A stretch of DNA of 64,000 nucleotides from an uncultured Mycoplasmatota bacterium. GTDB taxonomy: Bacteria; Bacillota_I; Bacilli_A; RF39; UBA660. The notes under the pieces were generated by a model. It was not told the origin of the DNA, searched no databases, and was given only the letters and a program-made list of their open reading frames with translations. The position numbers and the translations under genes were made by a program. The stretch spans positions 2,688-66,687 of the forward strand of contig CAMLWC010000001.1 in assembly GCA_946488855.1 (NCBI GenBank), written 5' to 3'. Shown piece by piece: positions 1-9,857 of this stretch. Each line of letters opens with the position of its first letter. Position 1 is the stretch's first letter.

Positions 1-1121
1 TGATTTCTGATTATTTGGTATATCCAAATAAGTTTATGGAAAACCAATTTTTAGATGCTTATATGATTCGTGATTTATATAATGGAAAAATATTAAATGT
101 AGGCTATCCAAGAAATTCTGTTTTTTTTGATAGAAATCGTGAAAAAGAATTACGTGAACAATTGAATTTGAAAAACAAAAAAATATATATATATATGCCA
201 ACTTGGCGTGGAGTTATGACTAACAAAGAAAATGAAAAACAAATAAAAATTATTAACCAATATTTACAATATATAGATAATAATTTAGATGATAATCAAA
301 TTTTTTATGTAAAATTGCATTTATTTGTTAATAATCAGATTGATTTTACAAAATTTACAAAAATTAAACCTTTTCCGAAAAATTTAGAAACTTATGATTT
401 TTTAAACTTAGCGGATATTTTGATAACTGATTATTCAAGTGTATTTTTTGATTTTGCTAATACTGGCAAGAAAATTATATTATTTGCTTATGATGAAGAA
501 GAGTATTTATCATCAAGAGGTTTATATTTAAAATTTGGGGAATTGCCTTTTCCTATAGTGAAAAATGTTGAAGATTTAATTAAAGAATTAAAAAATGAAA
601 ATTATAAAAAATATAATGAATTTCAAAAAAAATATTGTGAATTTGATTCGTACGATGCTACTAAAAAATTATGCAATATTATATTTAATAAACATAATAA
701 TAAAGAGAGAAGAAATAAAAAATTCAATTTAGTTTATATAAGTGATGGTAATATTGAGTTAGCTGCTAATAATTATTTTACTTATTTGCTTAATAAAAAT
801 GACATTAATTGTTACTTCTTAATTGATCAACAAATATTAAAAAACAATTTAAATTTTGTAAAAATTTTAAACGAAAAAGTAAATTATATACCGTTGACAA
901 ATAAAATTTTTATTTCTTTAATAGAAAAAATAAGAATAAAAATTTTTAATGATAAAAAATTAATGGATAAATGTTTGTTTAGAGAAGCATTGCGTAATTT
1001 TGGCAATATATCTTTTAATAAAATAATTTATATAGGAAGAGAAAATAAGTATAAAAAAATAATAGAAAAAATTGACCATAATCAATTTGAGCATAAAAAT
1101 TTATATGAGGAGGATTTATGA
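1..1121 (+). CDS. CDP-glycerol glycerophosphotransferase (TagF/TagB/TarF family), 5'-truncated at window edge
   Basis: Open frame runs from the window start. The motif IYIYMPTWRG matches the conserved PTWR motif of teichoic-acid glycerophosphotransferases. The stop overlaps the tagD start. Confidence 0.75.
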   Translation, partial: ISDYLVYPNKFMENQFLDAYMIRDLYNGKILNVGYPRNSVFFDRNREKELREQLNLKNKKIYIYMPTWRGVMTNKENEKQIKIINQYLQYIDNNLDDNQIFYVKLHLFVNNQIDFTKFTKIKPFPKNLETYDFLNLADILITDYSSVFFDFANTGKKIILFAYDEEEYLSSRGLYLKFGELPFPIVKNVEDLIKELKNENYKKYNEFQKKYCEFDSYDATKKLCNIIFNKHNNKERRNKKFNLVYISDGNIELAANNYFTYLLNKNDINCYFLIDQQILKNNLNFVKILNEKVNYIPLTNKIFISLIEKIRIKIFNDKKLMDKCLFREALRNFGNISFNKIIYIGRENKYKKIIEKIDHNQFEHKNLYEEDL

Positions 1122-1561
1122 AAAGAATATTAACTTATGGAACATTTGATTTATTACATTATGGACATATTAGATTATTAAAAAGGGCAAAAGCATTGGG
1201 TGACTATTTAATAGTTGCATTAAGTACAGATGAATTTAACGAATTAAAAGGTAAAAAAGCATATCATAACTATGAAACAAGAAAAATGATGCTAGAGGCT
1301 ATTAGATATGTTGATTTAGTTATTCCTGAAGAAAATTGGGAACAAAAAATAAATGATATTAAAGAATATAAGGCTGATGTTGTTGTTATGGGAAGTGATT
1401 GGGCTGGCAGTGATAGATTTAATTATTTAACTGATTATTGTGAAGTTGTGTATTTAGATAGAACAGAAGGAATATCTACTACAAAAATTAAAGAAGAATT
1501 AAAGCTTCAAGAACCTATAAATGGTGTAAATCAAATTCCAGAGCCAAAAAGTACCAAATAG
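1118..1561 (+). CDS. tagD: glycerol-3-phosphate cytidylyltransferase
   Basis: The N-terminus ILTYGTFDLLHYGHIRLL is the HxGH cytidylyltransferase motif. Length is 147 aa and it is overlap-coupled to the upstream gene. Confidence 0.9.
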   Translation: MKRILTYGTFDLLHYGHIRLLKRAKALGDYLIVALSTDEFNELKGKKAYHNYETRKMMLEAIRYVDLVIPEENWEQKINDIKEYKADVVVMGSDWAGSDRFNYLTDYCEVVYLDRTEGISTTKIKEELKLQEPINGVNQIPEPKSTK

Positions 1562-1611
1562 TACTTTTTAATTATTAAAATATATGATAAAATGTTATTA
1601 TGGGTGATAAA

Positions 1612-2397
1612 ATGAAGAAATTTTTTAATGATATTAAAAAATATTATAAATATATAATTTATTCTACTAAATCTAACTTAAAGACTGAGGTAGCTAATTC
1701 ATATCTAAATTGGCTTTGGTGGATATTAGATCCTTTATGTTTTATGTTAGTATATACATTTATAGTAGAAATAGTATTTAAAACAAGAGAAGAAAATTTA
1801 CCTGTTTTTGTTTTAGTTGGTTTAACAGCATGGAATTTCTTTAATATTACGGTTAATTCGAGTGTTAAATTAATTGCTAACAATAAATCGATTGTTACTA
1901 AAGTATATATTCCTAAATATATATTATTACTAATTAAGATGTTTACTAATTTATTTAAAATGTTTATTTCTTGGGGATTAATATTAGTTATGATGTTGAT
2001 ATTTAAAGTGCCATATACACTTTATATGTTGCAATTCTTTCCGGTTTTAATTGTATTATTTGTACTGTCGTTTGGAATAGCCTGTATTTTAATGCATTTT
2101 GGTGTATTTGTTGAAGATTTGAGCAATGTTATGACGATATTACTTAAATTGACTTTTTATTTATCTGGTATATTTTATGCAATTTCAACAAGAGTACCTA
2201 GTCCTTATAACAGAATATTATTAAATTTAAATCCCGTTGCATTTATAATTGATTCATTTAGGAAAACTTTTTTAAATGCTCATTTAGTGAATTATCGAAT
2301 GTTAGGATTATGGCTTTTAGTTGGTGTATTTTTATCATTTATTGGTATTAAAACAATACAAAAATATGAAAATAGTTATGCGAAGGTGACAAAATGA
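1612..2397 (+). CDS. tagG: teichoic acid ABC exporter permease (ABC-2 type)
   Basis: Six predicted TM segments, about 260 aa, and positioned immediately before an ATPase gene. Start placed at MKKFF behind a GGGTGA RBS; the ORF-track start at 1600 has no RBS. Confidence 0.75.
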   Translation: MKKFFNDIKKYYKYIIYSTKSNLKTEVANSYLNWLWWILDPLCFMLVYTFIVEIVFKTREENLPVFVLVGLTAWNFFNITVNSSVKLIANNKSIVTKVYIPKYILLLIKMFTNLFKMFISWGLILVMMLIFKVPYTLYMLQFFPVLIVLFVLSFGIACILMHFGVFVEDLSNVMTILLKLTFYLSGIFYAISTRVPSPYNRILLNLNPVAFIIDSFRKTFLNAHLVNYRMLGLWLLVGVFLSFIGIKTIQKYENSYAKVTK

Positions 2398-3128
2398 GTA
2401 AAGATGCAATTACAGTTAAAGATTTACATATAAGTTATAGAACATTAAAGGGATTTTCAATAAAAAAATCATTATTGAAAATGAAAATGAGTAAAGCTGA
2501 AGTATTTGAGGCAGTTAGAGGAGTAACATTTAGTGTTGAAAAAGGTAAAATATTAGGAATTATTGGTAAAAATGGTAGTGGTAAATCAACAATGTTAAGA
2601 AGCATTGCGGGTATATTTTCTCCTGATTCAGGCACAATAGATTTACACGGCAATTCAGTTTCATTATTGTCAATTGGCGTTGGATTTCAAAACAAATTAA
2701 CTGGTTATGAAAATATATTTTTGTCTGGTATGTTATTAGGCTTTTCAGAAAAGGAAATAAAGGAAAGAGTAGATGAAATAATTGAATTTTCTGAGTTAGG
2801 TAAATTTATTTATAAACCAGTATCAAGTTACTCGAGTGGTATGTATTCTAAATTAGCTTTTTCTATAACCGCAATATTAGAAACTGATATTATGTTAATA
2901 GATGAAGTATTTAGTGTTGGTGATGTCAAATTTAAACAAAAAAGTTATAACAAAATGAAGGAATTAATATCTGATGAAAACAGAACTGTAGTAATAGTTT
3001 CACATAGTTTAGGAACGTTAAAAGAGTTATGTAATGAAGTATTATGGTTACACGATGGTAAAATTAAACAAATAGGTGAGCCTGAAAAAGTTATAGCTGC
3101 CTATGAAGAATTTATGAAAAAAGATTAA
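2394..3128 (+). CDS. tagH: teichoic acid ABC exporter ATP-binding protein (short TarH-like form)
   Basis: Walker A motif GKNGSGKST, signature SSGMYSKLAFS and Walker B LIDE are all present. It overlaps the end of the permease gene. Confidence 0.8.
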   Translation: MSKDAITVKDLHISYRTLKGFSIKKSLLKMKMSKAEVFEAVRGVTFSVEKGKILGIIGKNGSGKSTMLRSIAGIFSPDSGTIDLHGNSVSLLSIGVGFQNKLTGYENIFLSGMLLGFSEKEIKERVDEIIEFSELGKFIYKPVSSYSSGMYSKLAFSITAILETDIMLIDEVFSVGDVKFKQKSYNKMKELISDENRTVVIVSHSLGTLKELCNEVLWLHDGKIKQIGEPEKVIAAYEEFMKKD

Positions 3129-3167
3129 AAAAATAAAAAATTATGATATACTTATTAAGGTGAGAGA

Positions 3168-4949
3168 ATGAAAGAGTTAGAATATCCTTTTGATGGGGAA
3201 TATATATTAAAGAAAAAAAAGACTTTAAAAAAAGAATTGTTAAAACAGAATAAAAAATTTTTAGAAAAAAATATTGCAATATTAGGTGGTTCAACTACCA
3301 ATGATATAAAGCTAGTTTTAGAATTGTTTCTTTTAAATTATGGAATAAAAGCTAATTTTTATGAATCAGAATACAATAAATTTTGGGAAGATGCAATGTT
3401 CGAAAATAAAGAACTAGAAGAATTTAAACCAGATATTATTTATATATGTACTTCTAATAAAAATATCATCAACTATCCTAATTTAAATGATAGCAAAGAC
3501 GATGTGAAAGAAAAATTAAATTCAGAATATATTAGATTTGAAGATATGTGGCAAAATTTAAAAAACAAATACCAATGTCCAATTATTCAAAATAATTTTG
3601 ATTGCTTATCTTATCGTATTTTAGGAAATAAAGATGCGACTGATTATCGGGGAAAAACTAATTTTATTACTAAATTAAATTTGAAATTTTATGATTATGC
3701 TGAGAATAATGCTAATTTTTATATTTTAGATATCAATTATTTATCAAGTCAATACGGGTTAGATAAATGGCAAGATCCTTTTTATTGGTATATGTATAAA
3801 TATGCGATGGCGGTTCCTGCTATCCCATTATTATCCTTTAATCTTGCAAATATAATAAAAGCAATATATGGCAAAAATAAAAAAGGGTTAGTTTTAGATT
3901 TGGATAATACTTTATGGGGTGGAATCGTTGGTGATGATGGAGTAGACAATTTAATTATTGGTGAAGAAACTTCTGAAGGACAAGTCTACACTGATTTTCA
4001 AAAATATTTAAAAGAAATAAGCCAAATGGGAATATTATTAAATATTAATAGTAAAAATGATTTGGAAAATGCATTAGCAGGATTAAATCATATTGATGGA
4101 ATATTAAAGCCTGATGATTTTATCGTTATTAAAGCTAATTGGGAGCCTAAATCTAATAATATGTTAGCAATTGCTAGTGAATTAAATTTAGGCGTAGACA
4201 GTTTAGTATTTGTTGATGATAATCCAGCTGAACGAGCGATTGTTAAAGATTATATTAATGATGTGGCAGTTCCAGAAATGAATGAACCATATAAGTATAT
4301 TCAAGTTATTGATCATTCAGGATACTTTGAGAATATCAACTTATCAGGTGATGATGTCAAAAAAAATAAAATGTACAAGGATAATATTGAAAGAAATAAA
4401 ATGATATCATCCTTTGAAAATTATGATGATTATTTAAAATCATTAAATATGAAGGCAACAATTGATAAATTTGAACCAATTTATATGGCTAGAATTGCTC
4501 AATTAACCAATAAAAGCAATCAATTCAATTTAACTACTAAAAGATATACCCAAAATGAAATTGAAGATACTGCTAATAATGCTGAATATATTACTTTGTA
4601 TGGTAAATTGGAAGATAAATTTGGTGATAATGGAGTTGTATCAGTAGTAATTGGCAAAAAAACTAATGAAAAATTAGATATCGATTTATGGATTATGAGT
4701 TGTCGAGTTTTAAAACGAGATATGGAATTTGCAATGATGGATTCATTAATTAAAGAATGTATAAAACATAATATTAAAGAAGTTTATGGATATTATTATC
4801 CAACAGTTAAAAATGGTATGGTTAAGGATTTTTATAAAATTCAAGGCTTTACAAAAATTAGTGAAGATAAAGATGGTAATACTGTTTGGAAATTTGTTAT
4901 AAATGATTATAAAAATAAAAATAAATTTATAGATGTGGAGGAGAAATAA
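3168..4949 (+). CDS. FkbH-like HAD-superfamily (IIIC) protein, putative acyl-carrier-protein loading enzyme
   Basis: HAD motif I LVLDLDNTLWGG occurs mid-protein, preceded by an N-terminal extension of about 230 aa. An ACP gene follows directly. Confidence 0.6.
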   Translation: MKELEYPFDGEYILKKKKTLKKELLKQNKKFLEKNIAILGGSTTNDIKLVLELFLLNYGIKANFYESEYNKFWEDAMFENKELEEFKPDIIYICTSNKNIINYPNLNDSKDDVKEKLNSEYIRFEDMWQNLKNKYQCPIIQNNFDCLSYRILGNKDATDYRGKTNFITKLNLKFYDYAENNANFYILDINYLSSQYGLDKWQDPFYWYMYKYAMAVPAIPLLSFNLANIIKAIYGKNKKGLVLDLDNTLWGGIVGDDGVDNLIIGEETSEGQVYTDFQKYLKEISQMGILLNINSKNDLENALAGLNHIDGILKPDDFIVIKANWEPKSNNMLAIASELNLGVDSLVFVDDNPAERAIVKDYINDVAVPEMNEPYKYIQVIDHSGYFENINLSGDDVKKNKMYKDNIERNKMISSFENYDDYLKSLNMKATIDKFEPIYMARIAQLTNKSNQFNLTTKRYTQNEIEDTANNAEYITLYGKLEDKFGDNGVVSVVIGKKTNEKLDIDLWIMSCRVLKRDMEFAMMDSLIKECIKHNIKEVYGYYYPTVKNGMVKDFYKIQGFTKISEDKDGNTVWKFVINDYKNKNKFIDVEEK

Positions 4950-5189
4950 ATGACAAGAGAAGAAATTTATAAACAATTAGATGAGGTTTTTCAAGATGTA
5001 TTTGATGATGAAAGTATACAAGTAAATGATAGTACTACTGCTGATGATATTGAAGATTGGGATAGTTTAGAACATATTAATTTAGTTGTAGCTATTGAAA
5101 ATAGATTTGGTATTAAATTTAATATGAATGAAGTTACTTCAATGAAAAATGTTGGGGAAATGGTCGACATTATTTTAGAAAGAATATGA
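4950..5189 (+). CDS. acyl carrier protein
   Basis: 79 aa, acidic, with the DSL phosphopantetheine attachment motif in IEDWDSLEHINLV. Confidence 0.8.
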   Translation: MTREEIYKQLDEVFQDVFDDESIQVNDSTTADDIEDWDSLEHINLVVAIENRFGIKFNMNEVTSMKNVGEMVDIILERI

Positions 5190-5605
5190 AACATTTTAAT
5201 TTTGAAGAAATTGATGTAGGATATGAAGTAAGCTTTGATTATAATATTACCAATGATAAAATGCAAAAATTTTTAGAAATAACTGGAGATATTAATCCTT
5301 TGCATAATGATTTATCTTATGCAAAATCAAAAGGCTATTCTGAAAAAGTTGTTTATGGTATGCTTACTTCAGCAATATTATCAACACTAGCAGGAGTTTA
5401 TTTACCAGGAGAAAAAAGTTTAATTCACGAAGTATCGGTTAGCTTTGTTAAACCTGTTTTTATTTCAAATTGTCCTTTGTTAGTCAAAGGAAAAGTAGTT
5501 AAAAAAGATGAAAGGTTTAAACAAATTGAAATCAAATGTAGTATATTTGATAATAAAGACGATAAAGTGCTAAGAGGAAATATGAAAATTGGATTTGTTG
5601 ATTAG
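5186..5605 (+). CDS. MaoC-like (hot-dog fold) dehydratase
   Basis: 139 aa with hot-dog/MaoC-like features (NPLHND, GYSEKVVYGML). It overlaps the ACP stop. Confidence 0.55.
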   Translation: MKHFNFEEIDVGYEVSFDYNITNDKMQKFLEITGDINPLHNDLSYAKSKGYSEKVVYGMLTSAILSTLAGVYLPGEKSLIHEVSVSFVKPVFISNCPLLVKGKVVKKDERFKQIEIKCSIFDNKDDKVLRGNMKIGFVD

Positions 5606-5618
5606 GCGGGGTGTGTTT

Positions 5619-7121
5619 ATGCAAATTGTAAATTTTAGTTTTTTAATTTTTCTATTTATTAGTGTAATTGTATACTATGCTTTTTCTAAGAAGAATAGAT
5701 GGTTTGTTCTTCTTGTTTCTAGTATACTTTTTTTCTTGTTCGCAAGTTCTTGGAAATTATTATTATATTTAATTTTTGGTATTATAACGACCTTTTTAGG
5801 TACAAATTTAATGGGAAAATATTCTAAAAAAAGAAAATTAATTTTATTTTTAACATTGTTTTCTATTTTAGGGCCTTTATTTCTTTTAAAATATTTTAAT
5901 ATATTTCCTCTTACGATAAATGCTTTTAGTAAGCTATTTAGCCTTGATTTTAAAGTAGGTACATTATCTTTATTAGCACCATTGGGAATATCTTATTATA
6001 CCTTATCTTTAACAGGTTATGTTATTGATATTTATAGAAAAGCTTATAAGCCTCAAACAAACATCTTAAAGCATAGTTTATTTGCTTGTTATTATCCAAT
6101 TTTAATTTCTGGACCATTTGTTAGATATAATTATATGGAAAAAGAATTATTTGAAGAAAAGAAGTTTAATTTTGATAATATTTTTTTAGGGTTTTATAGA
6201 ATAATTTATGGTTTAATGAAAAAATTAGTCATTGCTGATCAGTTAGCGCTTGTAGTTAATACTATATTTGATAATTATACTACTTATACCGGTTTTTATA
6301 TTGTTTTTGCAGTTATATTGTACGCTATTCAAATTTATACTGATTTTTCTGGATGTATGGATATTATTTATGGGGCTTCAAAAATGTATGACATTAAATT
6401 AATCGAAAATTTTGATAGTCCATTTTTTTCAAAAAATTTAACTGAATTTTGGCGAAGATGGCATATATCATTAGGAACTTGGGCAAAAGATTATATTATG
6501 TATCCTTTGTTAAAATCAGAAATATTCCAAAAACTAGGTAAATCTTGTAAAAATAAATTTGGTAAAAAATACGGTAAATTAATTCCAACAGTTTTAGCAA
6601 TATTAATTCTTTGGTTATTAATTGGCTTATGGCACGGCGCGTCATTTAGATATATTTTTGCTGCTGGTGTTTTACCTTGGATTTATTTAACATTGGGACA
6701 AATATTCGATGATGATATAAAAAAACTTAATAAGAAATTACATATTAATACTGATTGCTTTAGTTTTAGATTATTTCAATCTTTACGAACTTTTGGCTTT
6801 ATGTGTATTATATGGCTAGTTGCATGTTCACCTAGTTTATTAGGAACTATAGATGTTATAAAAGAGATTTTTGTTTTCTTTGATTCAACACTTATAAAAA
6901 ATTTACCAGAAATACCAGTATTAATTATTTTAATATGTAGTATTTTAGTGATTATAGTTGATTATCTAAATTATAATAATATTAATGTTTTTGAAAAATT
7001 TAAAGATCAAAATTTATTTTTTAGATGGTTTGTTTTATTTGCCGTAATAATCATAATTTTAATTTTTGGTGCATATGGACCTGGATATAGCGCTAGCGAA
7101 TTTATATATGGAGGTTTTTAA
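5619..7121 (+). CDS. membrane-bound O-acyltransferase (MBOAT; DltB/AlgI-like)
   Basis: Polytopic membrane protein carrying the MBOAT motif FWRRWHISLGTW and a conserved His. Start placed at MQIVNF after the upstream stop. Confidence 0.8.
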   Translation: MQIVNFSFLIFLFISVIVYYAFSKKNRWFVLLVSSILFFLFASSWKLLLYLIFGIITTFLGTNLMGKYSKKRKLILFLTLFSILGPLFLLKYFNIFPLTINAFSKLFSLDFKVGTLSLLAPLGISYYTLSLTGYVIDIYRKAYKPQTNILKHSLFACYYPILISGPFVRYNYMEKELFEEKKFNFDNIFLGFYRIIYGLMKKLVIADQLALVVNTIFDNYTTYTGFYIVFAVILYAIQIYTDFSGCMDIIYGASKMYDIKLIENFDSPFFSKNLTEFWRRWHISLGTWAKDYIMYPLLKSEIFQKLGKSCKNKFGKKYGKLIPTVLAILILWLLIGLWHGASFRYIFAAGVLPWIYLTLGQIFDDDIKKLNKKLHINTDCFSFRLFQSLRTFGFMCIIWLVACSPSLLGTIDVIKEIFVFFDSTLIKNLPEIPVLIILICSILVIIVDYLNYNNINVFEKFKDQNLFFRWFVLFAVIIIILIFGAYGPGYSASEFIYGGF

Positions 7122-7122
7122 T

Positions 7123-8205
7123 ATGAGGGAATGTAAAAAAAATATTATTGACATTACTAAAATATTGATTTTTCTAATTTTATTTGTATTAATTTTTATA
7201 TTTTTAACTTATATTATGAAGCCTATAAATGTTAATTTAAAAAATATTGCTGGATTTTACAATGAAGAAAAGAATAGTTTAGATATGGTATATATTGGCG
7301 GAAGTGCAGCATTTGTTTATTGGCAGCCTTTAAAAGCTTATGAGGACGAAGGAATAGCTTCATATAATTTTGCTGTTAATAGTATTCAAGCGGAAAGTTA
7401 CAAATATATGATTAAAGAAGTCTTGGAATATCAAAATCCCAAATTAATTTTAATTGATGCGAGAGCATATAGCTATCGAGATAATGAAAAAAAAGGACCT
7501 CAATCGGCATATTATTATAATTTGACTACAGGTATGGCTTTTTCTAAAAATAGATATGATTTTATTAATGATAATGTTTTAAGTGTATTAGGTGATGATC
7601 CTATTAATTATCATTTCGATTTATTTAAATATCATACTAATCGAGATGGTATTGATGTAAAGAATTCTATAAAAATTATGTTAGGAATGTATGAAAATAT
7701 TTATAAAGGTTTTGGAATTTATCAACGCGTGCATCCAATTGTAAAACAAGATTTTCAAACTAATGAACAAACTCCAGTTTCTTTAGAAACGGAAAAGATT
7801 TTAATTGATTTGTTAGAATATATTAAAACAATTGATTGTGAAATATTATTTATTGTTTCACCATATTCGATGCCTAAAGAAGATAAAGAAATATATAATT
7901 ATATTGAAGAAAAAATTGTAAAAAATGGTTTTAATTTTTTAGATACTAATGAGTATTATGATGAATTAAATCTAAATTTTGATACTAATTTTTATAATAA
8001 TAATCATGTCAACATTTTTGGAGCAGAAAAATATACTAATTTTTTAGAAGGATATATTAAAGAAAATTATGATTTACCAGATAGAAGAAATGATGATAAC
8101 TATGATTCTTGGGATAAATTATTAACTAATTGGCATAAACAAGTTGATAAAACAAAAGATAAAATAAATATAATGATAGAAGAGGAAGATTGGTATGAAG
8201 CTTAA
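7123..8205 (+). CDS. DltD-like / SGNH-type membrane-anchored protein, putative MBOAT partner
   Basis: N-terminal TM anchor followed by an extracytoplasmic domain. Sits directly after the MBOAT gene, as DltD or AlgJ do. Start placed at MRECKK behind a GGAGG RBS. Confidence 0.45.
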   Translation: MRECKKNIIDITKILIFLILFVLIFIFLTYIMKPINVNLKNIAGFYNEEKNSLDMVYIGGSAAFVYWQPLKAYEDEGIASYNFAVNSIQAESYKYMIKEVLEYQNPKLILIDARAYSYRDNEKKGPQSAYYYNLTTGMAFSKNRYDFINDNVLSVLGDDPINYHFDLFKYHTNRDGIDVKNSIKIMLGMYENIYKGFGIYQRVHPIVKQDFQTNEQTPVSLETEKILIDLLEYIKTIDCEILFIVSPYSMPKEDKEIYNYIEEKIVKNGFNFLDTNEYYDELNLNFDTNFYNNNHVNIFGAEKYTNFLEGYIKENYDLPDRRNDDNYDSWDKLLTNWHKQVDKTKDKINIMIEEEDWYEA

Positions 8206-9031
8206 TAATGGAAATTTTATTCCTCCAATTGGTTTTGGAACTTGGAAATTAAAAAATAATGATGAAACTATCGATATAATAGTAGAAGCAATTAAATCTG
8301 GTTATCATCATATTGATACAGCTTTTGCATATGGCAATGAGGAAACTATCGGAAAAGGTATTAAAAAGGCTAATACAAAAAGAGAAGAATTATTTATAAC
8401 GGGTAAATTATGGAATGATGATAGAGGGTATGAAAATATTATAAATGCTTGTAAAAGAACAATTAAAAATTTAAACTGTGAATATTTAGATTTATACTTA
8501 ATCCATTGGCCAGCTTCTAAAGCAGTACATACTGATTGGATAGAGATTAATAATGAAACTTGGAAAGCATTTGAATATTTGTATGAACAAGGTTTAGTTA
8601 AAGCAATTGGAGTATGTAATTTTAAAATAAATCAATTAGAAGAATTAATAAAAAATGCTAAAATAAAACCGATGGTAAATCAAATTGAATTCCATATTGG
8701 TGCTTATAATAAAGATATATTAGAATATTGCAATAAAAATGATATTCTAGTAGAAGCTTGGAGCCCATTAGGCTCTGGCAAATTATTTAAAGTTAATGAA
8801 TTAAAAGATATGGCTTTAAAATATAATGTTTCAGTTGCGCAACTATGTATTAGATGGTGTATACAAAATAATACTTTACCATTACCTAAAAGCAAAAACA
8901 TTGAAAGAATTAAAAATAACTTAGATGTATTTGATTTTGAAATAGCAAAAGAAGATATGGAGTTTTTAAATAATTTTCGTGAAGTTGGTAATTCGGGTCT
9001 GGATTCAGAAACGATTACATTATTTAATTAA
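8195..9031 (+). CDS. aldo/keto reductase (2,5-diketo-D-gluconate reductase family)
   Basis: IGFGTWKL, IDTAFAYGNE and LIHWP motifs are present. Length 278 aa. Confidence 0.85.
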   Translation: MKLNNGNFIPPIGFGTWKLKNNDETIDIIVEAIKSGYHHIDTAFAYGNEETIGKGIKKANTKREELFITGKLWNDDRGYENIINACKRTIKNLNCEYLDLYLIHWPASKAVHTDWIEINNETWKAFEYLYEQGLVKAIGVCNFKINQLEELIKNAKIKPMVNQIEFHIGAYNKDILEYCNKNDILVEAWSPLGSGKLFKVNELKDMALKYNVSVAQLCIRWCIQNNTLPLPKSKNIERIKNNLDVFDFEIAKEDMEFLNNFREVGNSGLDSETITLFN

Positions 9032-9041
9032 GGAGGTCTAA

Positions 9042-9857
9042 ATGAATTATAGAAAAACGATTTTTTTAACAGCATATTCAGCTAGTATTGCACATATTGC
9101 ATCCGCTTTTTCCATTGTTGAAATACTTGAAGTCTTATATAAAGAAAAAGTTTTAAAGTACGATGCAAATAATCCTAATTGGGAAGATAGAGATAGATTT
9201 ATATTAAGTAAAGGTCATGGTAGTTTAGCACTTTACACAATGTTATCTGAAGTAGGATTTTTTAGCAAAGATTTATTGAAAACATTTTCTAAACCAAATA
9301 GCGTTTTAGGCGGCGAGCCTTGTATACCTAATATTCCTGGTGTTGAAGCAACTACTGGTTCTTTAGGTCATGGATTATCTTTAGCGGTTGGAATGGCTTT
9401 AGCTAAAAAAATAGACAATAAAAAAGAAAAAATATATGTTTTATTAGGTGATGGTGAATGTGAAGAAGGTACGATTTGGGAAGCTGTTATGTTTGCTGTG
9501 CATTATAAATTAGACAATTTAATTATAATTGTTGATTGTAATAAAATTCAAAAAATGGGGACTTTAAAAAGTATAATGAGTATAGATAGTTGGAAGGATA
9601 AATTCAATGCTTTTGGTTGTGAAGTAGTTGAAGTAGATGGACACAATACTTCAGAACTTAAATCTGCATTTAAGCAAAAAAACGTTAATAAACCATTAGT
9701 AATATTAGCGGACACAATTAAAGGAAAAGGAGTTTCAATTGTTGAGAATGATCCAAGATGGCATTGGCGATTACCAAATAAAAAAGAATTAAAAATTTTT
9801 ATGAAAGAATTAAACATTAGCGAGGAGGAAATTGAAGAATGCAAAAAGCTTATATAA
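9042..9857 (+). CDS. transketolase, N-terminal (TPP-binding) subunit
   Basis: GHGSLALY and GSLGHGLSLAVGMAL motifs; about 270 aa, typical of the split form. Confidence 0.85.
   Translation: MNYRKTIFLTAYSASIAHIASAFSIVEILEVLYKEKVLKYDANNPNWEDRDRFILSKGHGSLALYTMLSEVGFFSKDLLKTFSKPNSVLGGEPCIPNIPGVEATTGSLGHGLSLAVGMALAKKIDNKKEKIYVLLGDGECEEGTIWEAVMFAVHYKLDNLIIIVDCNKIQKMGTLKSIMSIDSWKDKFNAFGCEVVEVDGHNTSELKSAFKQKNVNKPLVILADTIKGKGVSIVENDPRWHWRLPNKKELKIFMKELNISEEEIEECKKLI

Noticed and set aside
1659-1883. Short antisense or overlapping ORFs from the six-frame track. Examples: 1659-1883, 2435-2653, 3112-3294, 4746-4976, 4991-5266, 8704-8901, 9548-9844, 10399-10662, 11072-11263, 16389-16589, 17855-18061, 19093-19281, 26028-26231, 32087-32272, 33167-33436, 35094-35450, 37833-38195, 43656-43847, 44144-44435, 46450-46659, 54188-54554, 58288-58509, 61779-62183.
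   Set aside because: All lie inside or opposite well-supported genes. They have low-complexity, Ile/Leu/Phe/Asn-rich translations typical of random frames in roughly 25% GC DNA, and none has an RBS.
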